From Verrucomicrobiota bacterium (lineage in GTDB: Bacteria > Verrucomicrobiota > Kiritimatiellia > JAAZAB01): a stretch of DNA of 64,000 bases. How positions within the stretch are numbered: position 1 is the first letter of the stretch; every line of letters begins with the position of its first letter. The stretch is from NCBI GenBank assembly GCA_043814705.1, contig JBDRJR010000122.1:9295-73294 (forward strand), read 5' to 3'. The position numbers were made by a program, and so were the translations under genes. The notes beneath the pieces are model-generated. The model had not been told where the DNA came from and made no database searches. It worked only from the letters and a program-made list of their open reading frames with translations. Positions 9,776 through 19,437 of this stretch are shown here, piece after piece.

Positions 9776-10344
9776 CGGACTGAAGAATGACCGTAGGCCG
9801 TGGAACGTAGCCAGACGTCAGACGATGGACAACCACGCGGGACGCGTGGCAAGCGACACCGTCTGAAATAACGCTCAACGCTTTGTGACAAGCTCTAAAT
9901 AGAGCCTATCATCTGTGTTGACGGCCGCACAAACAGATGTAATATGAAAGCGGGGGTGCTGGATACGATATAATCGAGAAACCGATACAAGAGGCGCCTC
10001 ATGGAGATGTTCAAGACCGGGATGCCATGCCATCCGGGGTGGATATTGCGCCGGGTCTGCGGGCACGATGACGTTCGCGACACGCATTTCGGTTCCCGCC
10101 CCGGGATTCGAAAAGGATCGGCAAGTTTGCTGTAGATACCGGCGCGTAGCGCGAAGCACTGGATATGTATCCGCGCGAGCGCCGGACCTGTCCTCCGAAG
10201 CTCCGGCAGGAGCGAAGGAGAAAGCCGACAGATGCGGCAAAATCACCGGCCCGTTTCGAAAGAAATGCGCGGCGCAACTGCCCCGCGAATATAACCTTGC
10301 CCCAGTCATTACCAATAAATCTATCTTACACCCCGGCAAACTGA

Positions 10345-11646
10345 TCAAGATTTCCGGCGGGACTTGAGGAAGTCGGTTTCGTCGCGGCGCTTCCAGGCTT
10401 TGACGCGCAACAAATCCATTGCTGGAACCTGCGGATAGAGCACGATCTTGCCTTCCACGGACTGGGACTTGATCAGCTCCAAAGCCTTTGAAAACTGGTC
10501 CAGACTGCCAACCATGTCTAAGTGCGCCCCGGGATTGAACTCGCCGTCAGCCACCATGCGCAAAGCTTCCACAACATCCGCCGGACTGCCGCCGCTCGAT
10601 CCGCAGAGACGGATTTCATCGTAGTGCACGCGAAGGGTATCGAGTTCGATCATATGTTCGCCACGCTTGAGTCCGCCAAAGAGATTCAACACGCCGCCCT
10701 TGGCCAGCCATTGCTGGCATTCTTGCTGGACATTGCGGATCCCAACGGCGGCGATAATGTCATCGGCGCCCTTGCCGTTACTGACCTGCTTGATAAGCGC
10801 CGGACCTTCGGCGGAGAGCACGGCATGCAATTCTGTACCGGTGGCCTGAGCTTTTTCCGTCAAACTCGCGCGAACACACGCCAAACGTTCTTCGATGATA
10901 TCCATGACGACCAGGTGGCGCGGCGCAAACCGCAAGGCGGCTTCGGCATGCATCTGGCCCATGGGTCCCGCGCCAATGACCACGGCAACGCCGCCGCGCA
11001 ACAGACCCAACTGTGGGGAACGCGGCGCGGTCGGCGATTTCTGGTAAATGTGGATGTGCCGGTCCTGGGCTGAAATCACACAGGAAAGCGGCTCGCACAG
11101 GGCCCCGGCAAAAAAGGGAATGTCGTCGGAAGGCAGGGGCAGGAGGCAGTCGGCGGCAATTGTCTCCTCGGTAATCAACATGTATTCGGCCAAGTGCCCG
11201 GGCAGGGAATAACCGACCGCCACTTTTTCCATGCCCTCCCCGCCGTTCCGGTACCGCTCACGGTGATTGACCGGGGGATGATCCACCGCCGGCTGGGTGG
11301 CATAACGCCGGCCTATGGGATACTTGCCCGTCACGTTTTTCCCGGCCTGGACGATAGTCACACAGCCTTCATCGCCGAGAATGATGGGATACAGGCCCAA
11401 GTCCCAGCCATTGATGAAGGTATGTTCGCTCCCCTGGGCCACCAGCTTGAGAATGGAAGAACAGACCCCTGCCGCATCCACTCGCACCAGCGCCTGGTTA
11501 TCGTTGGGCCGCGGGACCGGCACGGTATCCACATGGATGTTTTCAAATCCGGCGCCGTGCAGACGCACGGCCCGCATGGTAGCGGGAATGGCAGATGGTA
11601 AATGGTTCATGGGAAATGGGATGCGAATTAGTTCCTTGTTCGTCAT
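10345..11646 (-). CDS. Zinc-dependent alcohol/polyol dehydrogenase (MDR superfamily)
   Basis: GDEGCV catalytic-zinc region, CEPLSC structural motif, and Rossmann GAGPMG motif. Confidence 0.75.
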   Translation of the reverse strand: MTNKELIRIPFPMNHLPSAIPATMRAVRLHGAGFENIHVDTVPVPRPNDNQALVRVDAAGVCSSILKLVAQGSEHTFINGWDLGLYPIILGDEGCVTIVQAGKNVTGKYPIGRRYATQPAVDHPPVNHRERYRNGGEGMEKVAVGYSLPGHLAEYMLITEETIAADCLLPLPSDDIPFFAGALCEPLSCVISAQDRHIHIYQKSPTAPRSPQLGLLRGGVAVVIGAGPMGQMHAEAALRFAPRHLVVMDIIEERLACVRASLTEKAQATGTELHAVLSAEGPALIKQVSNGKGADDIIAAVGIRNVQQECQQWLAKGGVLNLFGGLKRGEHMIELDTLRVHYDEIRLCGSSGGSPADVVEALRMVADGEFNPGAHLDMVGSLDQFSKALELIKSQSVEGKIVLYPQVPAMDLLRVKAWKRRDETDFLKSRRKS

Positions 11647-11712
11647 TCTTGGTTCTTCGTTTTACGCTAACGCTTTACGGTCTCTGTTTCAGGAGGTTTT
11701 TTTGGAGCGGAA

Positions 11713-13383
11713 TCATCCGGAAAGATTTGTCCAGCCGGATGATTTGTACAAATACAGGCCATCTGTTCCCCGGCATACGTCGCCGATTGACGGTTTCAGT
11801 ATTTCAAGATTCTTCAGGGGCATGTCCATGGAACTGAAACGTAACTGAGAACCATTGGAAACCGCGCACTCAAAGCCGGAGCCGCGGTATGAGTTGCCAG
11901 CCGCATTGCAATGAACCTTACCCCCGTTATGGACAACCATAAATTTCCCGGCATCCTCAATATCCCGTCGAAGTATTGGACAATCCTGATAATTCGGTAA
12001 CGCGGCCTTGCTACCGCCGGGAACAGCCGCGGCCGGGCTACCGGTTTCCAGGAACATACAGCTGTTGATGGAAGCGCATAATTCTTTATTGACTGAATCC
12101 TGATCGACGTTGATTACCGTGCACCGGGGATTGTTGAAAAAACAGCCGTTTATTGTGACATCCTTCATGTTGCCCATGAGGTTTACCAGCACCTGGGGGT
12201 TCGCCCCGGTTATCCTGCAGTTGTTGACGGAGATTCCCCAGGAGCCGGAGTTTCTCTCCGTACCGGGATAGAACGGTCGGTGAGGGCCGCCGCCATATTT
12301 TGCCCACATCCAGCCGGGGACTATCCAGTTGGCGACAATGTTCCCCGATTTTTCGAAGATGCAGTTGTCAAATGTCACGTTATACACATTAGTCTGGTAG
12401 AAATCGCAGGGCTGGACAAAACGCCAGGATATGTTATCGGCGCCCGTGACGATGCCGCTTTCATGAACTGGTGCCACGGATGAAACAGCGGAAAAACAGG
12501 GATCGTTGACAACCTGGTACAGGTTCCCCCTGTTGAGACAGAAATCGCCGCTGTCGTACCCGTTTCCCTTCCTGTAATCGGCCCAGGAACCGGTGTAGAT
12601 AAGACAGGTGCGGCCGAAGATATCCTTATACTGGTGGTCGGTGACGTTGGAATCACAGACGTTATATACATCGCCGACTTCCAGAAGTGTCGATGGATAA
12701 TCCGTGCCGCACAGAGACAACCCGTCATCATAGGTGGTCAAATCCAGATTCCGAATTATGGCGTCATGACCGTTGTTTAGTTTTATGCCGTCCTTGTCTC
12801 CGGCCAGGCGGACATTTTCAATGAGCAGGTTTGACCATGTAACGATGTAGATGAGATACTGGTATTTTTTGCCGTCGGTGCAGGTGAAATTTCTGATTGT
12901 CAGGTTTTTTACATAGAAAAAACCAAGCTGGGCGCGCAGTCCATAAACCAGAGTCGGCATCGCTTCCTGGCCGTTTACCGATATTTCCAGGCCGTCGATG
13001 GTGATGTTTTCGTTATATTCTTTCGTCAGAGCGCCCCGGTTAATCAAGACATTGCAGTATGGGGAGTTTTTTCTGAATATAACACCGGGCGCACAGATGA
13101 GCCTCGTGTTTGAATCAAGGAAAACGGTATTATTAAGGTCGTAGACCCCGGGTGTATCTATGGTTACAAGCCCGCCGCCGCTGAGGGCCGCCTGCAGGGC
13201 GGCGACATTTGCATCCGCACTTGCCTGCGGCGAGAAACCGTAACGCCTGGCATTTTTCCCGGCCTGCATGGTAGAAAAAATTTTCGGGCTGTCGTTGCTC
13301 CGCGAAGACGATGATGTTTTCATTGTAATCTCATCTTGGTTAGCACCTTGTCCGCGCGAAACCATTAAAAAACAAGTAATCAT
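11713..13383 (-). CDS. Right-handed parallel beta-helix (pectin-lyase-fold) protein, possible glycoside hydrolase or lyase
   Basis: Periodic N/I/V-rich beta-helix repeats (NLTIRNF, IIRNLDL, NCRITG). The longer ORF to 13530 would overlap lpd, so an internal start near 13383 or 13323 is more likely. Confidence 0.55.
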   Translation of the reverse strand: MITCFLMVSRGQGANQDEITMKTSSSSRSNDSPKIFSTMQAGKNARRYGFSPQASADANVAALQAALSGGGLVTIDTPGVYDLNNTVFLDSNTRLICAPGVIFRKNSPYCNVLINRGALTKEYNENITIDGLEISVNGQEAMPTLVYGLRAQLGFFYVKNLTIRNFTCTDGKKYQYLIYIVTWSNLLIENVRLAGDKDGIKLNNGHDAIIRNLDLTTYDDGLSLCGTDYPSTLLEVGDVYNVCDSNVTDHQYKDIFGRTCLIYTGSWADYRKGNGYDSGDFCLNRGNLYQVVNDPCFSAVSSVAPVHESGIVTGADNISWRFVQPCDFYQTNVYNVTFDNCIFEKSGNIVANWIVPGWMWAKYGGGPHRPFYPGTERNSGSWGISVNNCRITGANPQVLVNLMGNMKDVTINGCFFNNPRCTVINVDQDSVNKELCASINSCMFLETGSPAAAVPGGSKAALPNYQDCPILRRDIEDAGKFMVVHNGGKVHCNAAGNSYRGSGFECAVSNGSQLRFSSMDMPLKNLEILKPSIGDVCRGTDGLYLYKSSGWTNLSG

Positions 13384-13480
13384 ACAGAAAGACGGCCGAC
13401 AGAGACCAGCCGTCGTCAAAGCCTTGGCAGGTTGTCCTTCTACCAGGTTCTGCCGGAGCGATTCGCTTAGGCGCGTCGTT

Positions 13481-14878
13481 TTATTTGCGCCGTCGCGGCG
13501 GTGCATGGATGCACTGAGCGTGCACGGCATGCGCCGCTTCCATCCAGGCTTCCGACAACGTCGGATGCGCCTGGATAGTTCGCGCGAATTCCGTGGCGGT
13601 CAGTTCCGCCTGAACGGCGGTTACGGCCGTGGCGATCAATTCCGTGGCATGCGCGCCGATAGCCGCGGCGCCCAGAAGCTGGTCGGTATCCGCGTCCGCA
13701 ATCCATTTAACGAAGCCGGTTGTCTCGCCCGAAGCCACTGCCTTGCCCAACGCCGCAAAATGGAACTTGCCGGTTTTAACAATGCGGTTCTGCTGTTTGG
13801 CTTCCTGTTCGGAAAGCCCCACCGTGGCGATTTCCGGCGCCGTGAAAATGCAGGATGGCACAACCTGCGCGCGCAAAGTCAACCGTGGTCCCACGGCATG
13901 CTCCGCGACCTTTAACCCTTGGGCCGTGGCCGCATGCGCCAGTTGCGGCCCGCCGTTGACGTCGCCAATCGCATAAATTCCCGCCGCCTTCGTCTGGCAG
14001 GCGGCATTTACCTCGATATAACCTTTGGCATTGGGCGTAAGCCCGGCCTTGTCCAGGTCCAGTTTTTCGGTAACCGGCCGGCGGCCAACGGCCGCCAGGA
14101 GTAGTTCCGCTTCTATTGTCTCACCGGCCACCTGGCCCTTAACGCCCTGTGCCCCGGCCTTGATCTGCTCCAGCGGCTTGCCCGTAAGGATACTAATTTT
14201 TAATTGGTTTTCCATGTAGCGGCGCGCATCCGCGCGCAAGTCAGCATCCAACATGATCAGAATGTCATCGAGGATTTCAACGATGGTCACCTGGGCGCCA
14301 AGCTGGGCGGCCAGGCAGGCCAGCTCACAACCGATCACGCCGCCGCCAAGCACGATCAACCGCGCAGGCAGGTCGGTTCGGTCAAGGAATGCGCGGCTTT
14401 CCACGACGGTTGTGGACTTCGGTAAAAAGGCCGGGAGCGCCGCGCTGGATCCAGTGGCAATAATGATACGCGCGGCCTCCAAAACCACGGATTCCTTCCC
14501 GTTCCGCTGGATGGTCAGGCGATTGCGGGTCATAAATGCGGCCTGGCCTTCGAACACCGTGACGCCGTTGGCCTTAAGCAGTTGCGCAATACCGCCGCGC
14601 AGTTTTTCAACCACCTGGTTCTTGTGCTGGATCATGGCGGCATAATCGAATGAGGCCTTTTCGACACTGACCCCCAAGGCTTGGGTCGGCCGCATGTGCC
14701 AGTATAGCGAAGCGGACGCAATTAAAGTTTTTGTCGGGATACAGCCCCAGTTCAGACAGGTCCCGCCAAGTGATTCCTTTTCCACAATGGCCACGGAAGC
14801 GCCCAATTGGGCCGCGCGGATCGCCGCCGGGTAGCCGCCCGGACCGGCACCAATGACGATCAGATCATACTTTTCCAT
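13481..14878 (-). CDS. lpd: Dihydrolipoyl dehydrogenase (E3)
   Basis: GGTCLNWGCIPTK redox disulfide, FAD and NAD Rossmann motifs, and a C-terminal HPTLSE motif. Confidence 0.92.
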   Translation of the reverse strand: MEKYDLIVIGAGPGGYPAAIRAAQLGASVAIVEKESLGGTCLNWGCIPTKTLIASASLYWHMRPTQALGVSVEKASFDYAAMIQHKNQVVEKLRGGIAQLLKANGVTVFEGQAAFMTRNRLTIQRNGKESVVLEAARIIIATGSSAALPAFLPKSTTVVESRAFLDRTDLPARLIVLGGGVIGCELACLAAQLGAQVTIVEILDDILIMLDADLRADARRYMENQLKISILTGKPLEQIKAGAQGVKGQVAGETIEAELLLAAVGRRPVTEKLDLDKAGLTPNAKGYIEVNAACQTKAAGIYAIGDVNGGPQLAHAATAQGLKVAEHAVGPRLTLRAQVVPSCIFTAPEIATVGLSEQEAKQQNRIVKTGKFHFAALGKAVASGETTGFVKWIADADTDQLLGAAAIGAHATELIATAVTAVQAELTATEFARTIQAHPTLSEAWMEAAHAVHAQCIHAPPRRRK

Positions 14879-16278
14879 AATTCCAGATCCTCAAGCATGT
14901 TTTTGACACGATTGACAAAGCGCGCGGCACAAGCGCCATCCACCAGGCGGTGGTCGGACGAGAGCGTAATATTCATCATTGCGCGGATTTCGATTTTGCC
15001 GCCCCTGACCACGGGCATCGAACGAATGCTGGCCACCGCCAGGATCGCGCTTTCACCGGGGTTGATGATGGCCGTAAAATGATCCACGTTGAGCATGCCC
15101 ATGTTCGACACGGTAAAGGTGCTACCGGTCATTTCATCCGGGGTCAGCTTGCCATCGCGCGCCTTAAGGGCCAGACTGGCGGCACGTTCATGCAGTTCGG
15201 CAATCGAAAGATCGTGGGCATTACGAATTACCGGAACCACCAAGCCCTCGGCAATTGAAACCGCCAGGCCGAGATGCACACCACTATGCCAGCGGGTGGT
15301 GCGCCCATCAGTCGAACTATTAAGCGCCGGGAACTCCACAAGCGCCAAGGCAACAGCCTTGAGAATAAAATCGTTAACTGAAAACGGTTTTCCGGCCTTT
15401 TTCAGAATTTTACGCCATTCCAGCAGATCGGTCATATCCACCGCAACGGTCACATAGAAATGCGGTGTCGTCGTGAAGCTCATGGTTAACCGCTGGGCGA
15501 TGACCTGCCGTATCTTGCTCATTATCACGGGCTTTTCGGCAATCGCCCGCTGAATCATCGCCACCGTAATGCGTTCCCTGTTTTCGTCCGCAGGCATGGT
15601 TAAAATATCTATGCCATTCTCGCGCGCCAGGTTCTTGGCGGTCGGCGTGATTTTAAGATCGGCATAGTGTTTCGCTTCAAGGTAGGTCCGGACGTCCTTT
15701 TCCACCACGCGTCCACCGGGACCGGTGCCGGGAATAGGATCGGCGCTGATGGCGCATTCGCGGACCATCCGCCGGGCACGCGGAGATATGGATGCACGTG
15801 GCCTGCCCTCCGTAGCCACGATCAAAGCGGGAGCGTAGGAGGGAGCGTTAAGCGTGGAGCGTGGAGCGGGCCCTGGCACACCCGCCGCAGGCTGAACGGA
15901 AGCGGCAGGCGCTGGTCGCAGAGCGGCGGCGGTCAGAGCGATCGCGGGTTCCGCGGCGGGCGCGGACCGGACTATCGGCTTCACTTCGGGAATCGGTTCG
16001 CCCGGTTGGCCGATAAAGGCCACGGGCACCGCGACCGGCACGGTCTGGCCTTCGGCCACGACAATTTTCAAGAGTGTGCCTTCAAAAAAACTTTCGATTT
16101 CGAGAACGGCCTTGTCCGTTTCGATTTCAAACAAAATTTCGCCCTTTTTTACCAGATCGCCTTCGCGTTTGTGCCACTTGACAATCGTGGATTCCTCCAC
16201 AGTCTGTCCGAGTTTCGGCATGATGACTGTTTGAGCCATGGACAAGGTGCTTCCGTTAGAATAAAATTTTATAGCCAT
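14860..16278 (-). CDS. Dihydrolipoamide acyltransferase (E2) with a single lipoyl domain
   Basis: Lipoyl-lysine motif ETDKA, an Ala/Pro-rich linker, the subunit-binding domain, and the catalytic DHRLVDG motif. The true start is probably MAQTVIMPKLG (~16239). Confidence 0.85.
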   Translation of the reverse strand: MAIKFYSNGSTLSMAQTVIMPKLGQTVEESTIVKWHKREGDLVKKGEILFEIETDKAVLEIESFFEGTLLKIVVAEGQTVPVAVPVAFIGQPGEPIPEVKPIVRSAPAAEPAIALTAAALRPAPAASVQPAAGVPGPAPRSTLNAPSYAPALIVATEGRPRASISPRARRMVRECAISADPIPGTGPGGRVVEKDVRTYLEAKHYADLKITPTAKNLARENGIDILTMPADENRERITVAMIQRAIAEKPVIMSKIRQVIAQRLTMSFTTTPHFYVTVAVDMTDLLEWRKILKKAGKPFSVNDFILKAVALALVEFPALNSSTDGRTTRWHSGVHLGLAVSIAEGLVVPVIRNAHDLSIAELHERAASLALKARDGKLTPDEMTGSTFTVSNMGMLNVDHFTAIINPGESAILAVASIRSMPVVRGGKIEIRAMMNITLSSDHRLVDGACAARFVNRVKNMLEDLELWKSMI

Positions 16279-16287
16279 TCACGGCTT

Positions 16288-16417
16288 GAAATTGGAAATC
16301 AGAAATTGGTGCAACAACGGAATCTCGCCTCTGTAAAATGCGTTTCGTTATTTTAATTCGGTTTGTTTGCATCAACAGCATAAGAACATGAAGTCCGAAT
16401 TTCCAATTTCTAATATC
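16288..16417. repeat. MITE-like element, copy 2 (GAAATTGGAAAT inverted arms) in the spacer between the E2 and E1 genes
   Basis: Left arm gaaattggaaatcagaaattgg, right arm gaatttccaatttctaatatc. A 7-bp hairpin agcgttc/gaacgct follows. Confidence 0.6.
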
Positions 16418-16433
16418 AGCGTTCCTTGAACGC

Positions 16434-18749
16434 TCACAAAATCTTTTTCGCCGCCGCCACGATGTCATGGGCATTGGGCAGGAAGGCCGCTTCCAGGATA
16501 TGCGATTGCGGCGCGATGCCGTCCCGGGCGCCGACCCGCAGGACCGGAGCATCCAGGTCATCAAACGCCTGCGCCATGATGTTGGACGCGATTTCACCGG
16601 TAAAACTGCCAATGCTTACCGCCTGGCTGGCGACCACGCATCGTCCGGTCTTGCGGACCGACTGCAATACGGTCTCCATGTCCAACGGAACCAGACTGCG
16701 CAGATCAATTACTTCGGCGCTGACTTTTTCTTCATCATAAAGAATTTTAGCCGCCTTGAGGGCGTCATGCACGGCCGGGCCCCAGGCCACGAGGGTGATG
16801 TCCGATCCCTCGCGTTTGATATCGGCCACACCCAGCGGCACGAGGCATTCGGTTTCAGGCACGGGACCCTTCAAGCCGTAGAGCAGTTGGGATTCGATAA
16901 ACATGATCGGATTGTTGTCGCGGATAGCCGTTTTCAGCATGCCCTTGGCGTCAAACGGCGTGGCCGGATAGACAACATACAGGCCTGGAATATGGACAAA
17001 CATGGACTCCAGCGTCTGCGAGTGCTGGCCGCCGTAGCCCTTGCCACCGCCAACCGAGGCACGAATAACCAGCGCGATTTCCACGTTGGCACCGGACATG
17101 TAATGCCACTTGGCGGCTTGATTGCTGATCTGGTCGGAGGCCATCAGGGCAAAGTCCATGTACATCAGTTCCACGACCGGCCGCAAGCCCGCCATGGAAG
17201 CGCCCACCGCCGTGCCGCAAATGGCGGCTTCCGAGATCGGCGTGTTAAATATGCGCTCACGGCCAAACGCCTCCAGCAGGCCCTTGGTCACCTTGAAGGC
17301 GCCGCCGTAATCAGCCACATCTTCCCCGTAATGGATGACGCGATTGTCACGAAGCATTTCCTCAATCAGCGCCTCCTTGATGGCATCCTTGTAGGTAATT
17401 TCGCCGTTAACCCGCTTGATAACCGGTAATTCCTTGATGATTTTCGTTTGGCGGGCCGACGTCGGCACCACCGCGCAGGTAGTGTCCGTGTACATATATT
17501 TGATGACATCTTCCGGCAAGGGATCGGGCGCGGCCGCCGCGCGCTGGGCGGCGCGCGCATTGCGCTCGCGCACTTTCTGCTCCAAGGCGGCCAAGGTATC
17601 CTTGTTCAAAACTCCGGCCTCCACCAGTTGGCGCGAGAAGACAGCGATGGGATCCAGCGCCTTCCAGGCCGTTTCCTCATCCTTGGCACGGTATTCCGTG
17701 CGCGGATCAGTCAGCGAATGGCCGTAATAGCGGTAGGTATTGAGTTCAACAAGATAGGGTCCCTGGCCTTGGCGACAACCGGCGGCGGCGCGCCCAATGG
17801 CATCGCGCACGGCCAGCACATCCATGCCGTTGACGACCTCCGCATGCATGTTGTTGTCGGCAAAGCCCGCGGCGCGGCGCGCCAGGAGGGCAACACCGGT
17901 GACTTCCTTGAGCGCGCGGCCGGTCATGCCATAGTGGTTGTTCTGGATAACGAAAATGATCGGCAGGCCAAAGGAGTGCTTGGTGATGTCATTGGTATAC
18001 TGGCCCATGGCCGCCCAGTTCAGGGATTCCAGCACAACACCGTTGGCGTAAGCGCCGTCACCCGCAAAACAGCAGACCACGCGTTGGTTCTGCAGATAAC
18101 GACAGGCCATGGCCGCGCCAGTGGCGATCGGCACACCGCCTCCCACAATCGCGTTGGCGCCCAGGTGATTCAAAGTGAAGTCGGCAATGTGCATACCGCC
18201 GCCGCGCCCTTTACAATAGCCGCTTTCCTTGCCGAAAAGCTCGGCAATAGTCCTGAAAACATGGTCTTCAATGACCGCCTCCATGAGATCATCACGCTGG
18301 ACGGCAGAAGAACAGTCCGCCTTGCCCGAGCCGGCCAGGGGCACGCGCCGGCGAAGCGCTGTATCGTCCATGGCACGCAGGGCAACACAGCCCTTGGCAA
18401 TACTGTCGCCGTGGCCGCGATGCGTACTGGTGATATAATCCGCGCCTTGCAGACCAGAGCACGCGCCGGCGGAAGAAGCTTCCTGACCGATGGAAACGTG
18501 GGTCGGCCCACGGTAATTAAAATTCGGCAGTGGCTCGTACGCGCCGGAACGGAGCTTGACGATCATTTCCTCAAACTCGCGGATCGTCAACATGTCCTCC
18601 AGAAGCTGAAGCGCCTGGGTACGATCCAAATGCCCGGCGGCCAATTCCGCGGACAGGTCGCCCTTGAACTGATAACACGCAATGGCGCCGCATTGAACAA
18701 GCGCGGCGGTAAAGTCCGGCTTGAGATTACTTAAATAAGTAGTAGGCAT
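16434..18749 (-). CDS. 2-oxo-acid (pyruvate/branched-chain) dehydrogenase E1 component with alpha and beta subunits fused in one 771-aa polypeptide
   Basis: The N-terminal half has the TPP-binding alpha signature (GDGAYANGVV, HRGHG). The C-terminal half is a beta subunit (transketolase-like Pyr and C-terminal domains). Confidence 0.85.
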   Translation of the reverse strand: MPTTYLSNLKPDFTAALVQCGAIACYQFKGDLSAELAAGHLDRTQALQLLEDMLTIREFEEMIVKLRSGAYEPLPNFNYRGPTHVSIGQEASSAGACSGLQGADYITSTHRGHGDSIAKGCVALRAMDDTALRRRVPLAGSGKADCSSAVQRDDLMEAVIEDHVFRTIAELFGKESGYCKGRGGGMHIADFTLNHLGANAIVGGGVPIATGAAMACRYLQNQRVVCCFAGDGAYANGVVLESLNWAAMGQYTNDITKHSFGLPIIFVIQNNHYGMTGRALKEVTGVALLARRAAGFADNNMHAEVVNGMDVLAVRDAIGRAAAGCRQGQGPYLVELNTYRYYGHSLTDPRTEYRAKDEETAWKALDPIAVFSRQLVEAGVLNKDTLAALEQKVRERNARAAQRAAAAPDPLPEDVIKYMYTDTTCAVVPTSARQTKIIKELPVIKRVNGEITYKDAIKEALIEEMLRDNRVIHYGEDVADYGGAFKVTKGLLEAFGRERIFNTPISEAAICGTAVGASMAGLRPVVELMYMDFALMASDQISNQAAKWHYMSGANVEIALVIRASVGGGKGYGGQHSQTLESMFVHIPGLYVVYPATPFDAKGMLKTAIRDNNPIMFIESQLLYGLKGPVPETECLVPLGVADIKREGSDITLVAWGPAVHDALKAAKILYDEEKVSAEVIDLRSLVPLDMETVLQSVRKTGRCVVASQAVSIGSFTGEIASNIMAQAFDDLDAPVLRVGARDGIAPQSHILEAAFLPNAHDIVAAAKKIL

Positions 18750-18978
18750 AGGCAGTTATCTCGATGTATATGAATTTTATGAGGCGGCTAAGGGCCGCAA
18801 CTGTTATTTCCTCTCCTTGGTGAGAGGATTAAGGTGATGGGCTTCTGTCGTGTCCCCCCCCCTCACCCCTGCCCTCTCCCAAGGGAGAGGGAGCAAGATT
18901 AAAATTCCTGCATTAAAATCAGGGCAGATCTAACCTGACGTTAGTGCGCAAGTCAGGCGCAGACGAAGCGGGATAAAC

Positions 18979-19206
18979 TCAGACCTTGGGCAAGTTCTTG
19001 GCCTGTGAAAAATCAATCTCGGCCACCAGCTTCCCGTCGGCTATTTCCCGCAGTACAATATCTTCGATATCCTCATCGGGATGGAGCGGCTTGACTAAGG
19101 GACGATCCCCAAAAATCAGCTGTTTGACCCGCTTGGACACCATGTTGATCAGCACCGATGCATTAGGAACTCGCCGCTTAGCCGCATTCAAAGATTCCAG
19201 ATTCAT
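18979..19206 (-). CDS. rpoZ: DNA-directed RNA polymerase subunit omega
   Basis: NASVLINMVSKRVKQL...GDRPLV...VLREIADGKL matches the RpoZ core (RFELVLLAAKRARQL...KPLV...ALREIAEGKI). The start is taken at MNLESL. Confidence 0.55.
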   Translation of the reverse strand: MNLESLNAAKRRVPNASVLINMVSKRVKQLIFGDRPLVKPLHPDEDIEDIVLREIADGKLVAEIDFSQAKNLPKV

Positions 19207-19437
19207 GCCATATCCTCCCAAAAAAACGTTTGTAGTATAGGAGGCGCCCCTCCGATAAGCAAGCGTTTTATCAAATAAAAAAGTTCGGCGGCCCAGCCCG
19301 GGGATAACCCCCGCACCGGCCGCCGAACCAACGATTCAATCTGGAAGTGTGATCGGTTTTCGCCTTAAGGCTACGCCCGGGCAATTCGGGAAACGCGCGC
19401 GCCGACACGAACCGCACCCGTTCACACCGCCAAATGA

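Noticed and set aside
9940-10330. tmRNA (ssrA), 4.5S SRP RNA or RNase P RNA in the 570-bp gap
   Set aside because: The 5' GGGGGUGCUGGAUACGA loosely resembles a tmRNA 5' end, and CCGGCAGGAGCGAAGGAGAAAGCC loosely resembles SRP domain IV. However, no tRNA-like 3' end (T-arm plus CCA), no tag-peptide reading frame ending in ALAA, and no RNase P P4 motifs could be found by eye.
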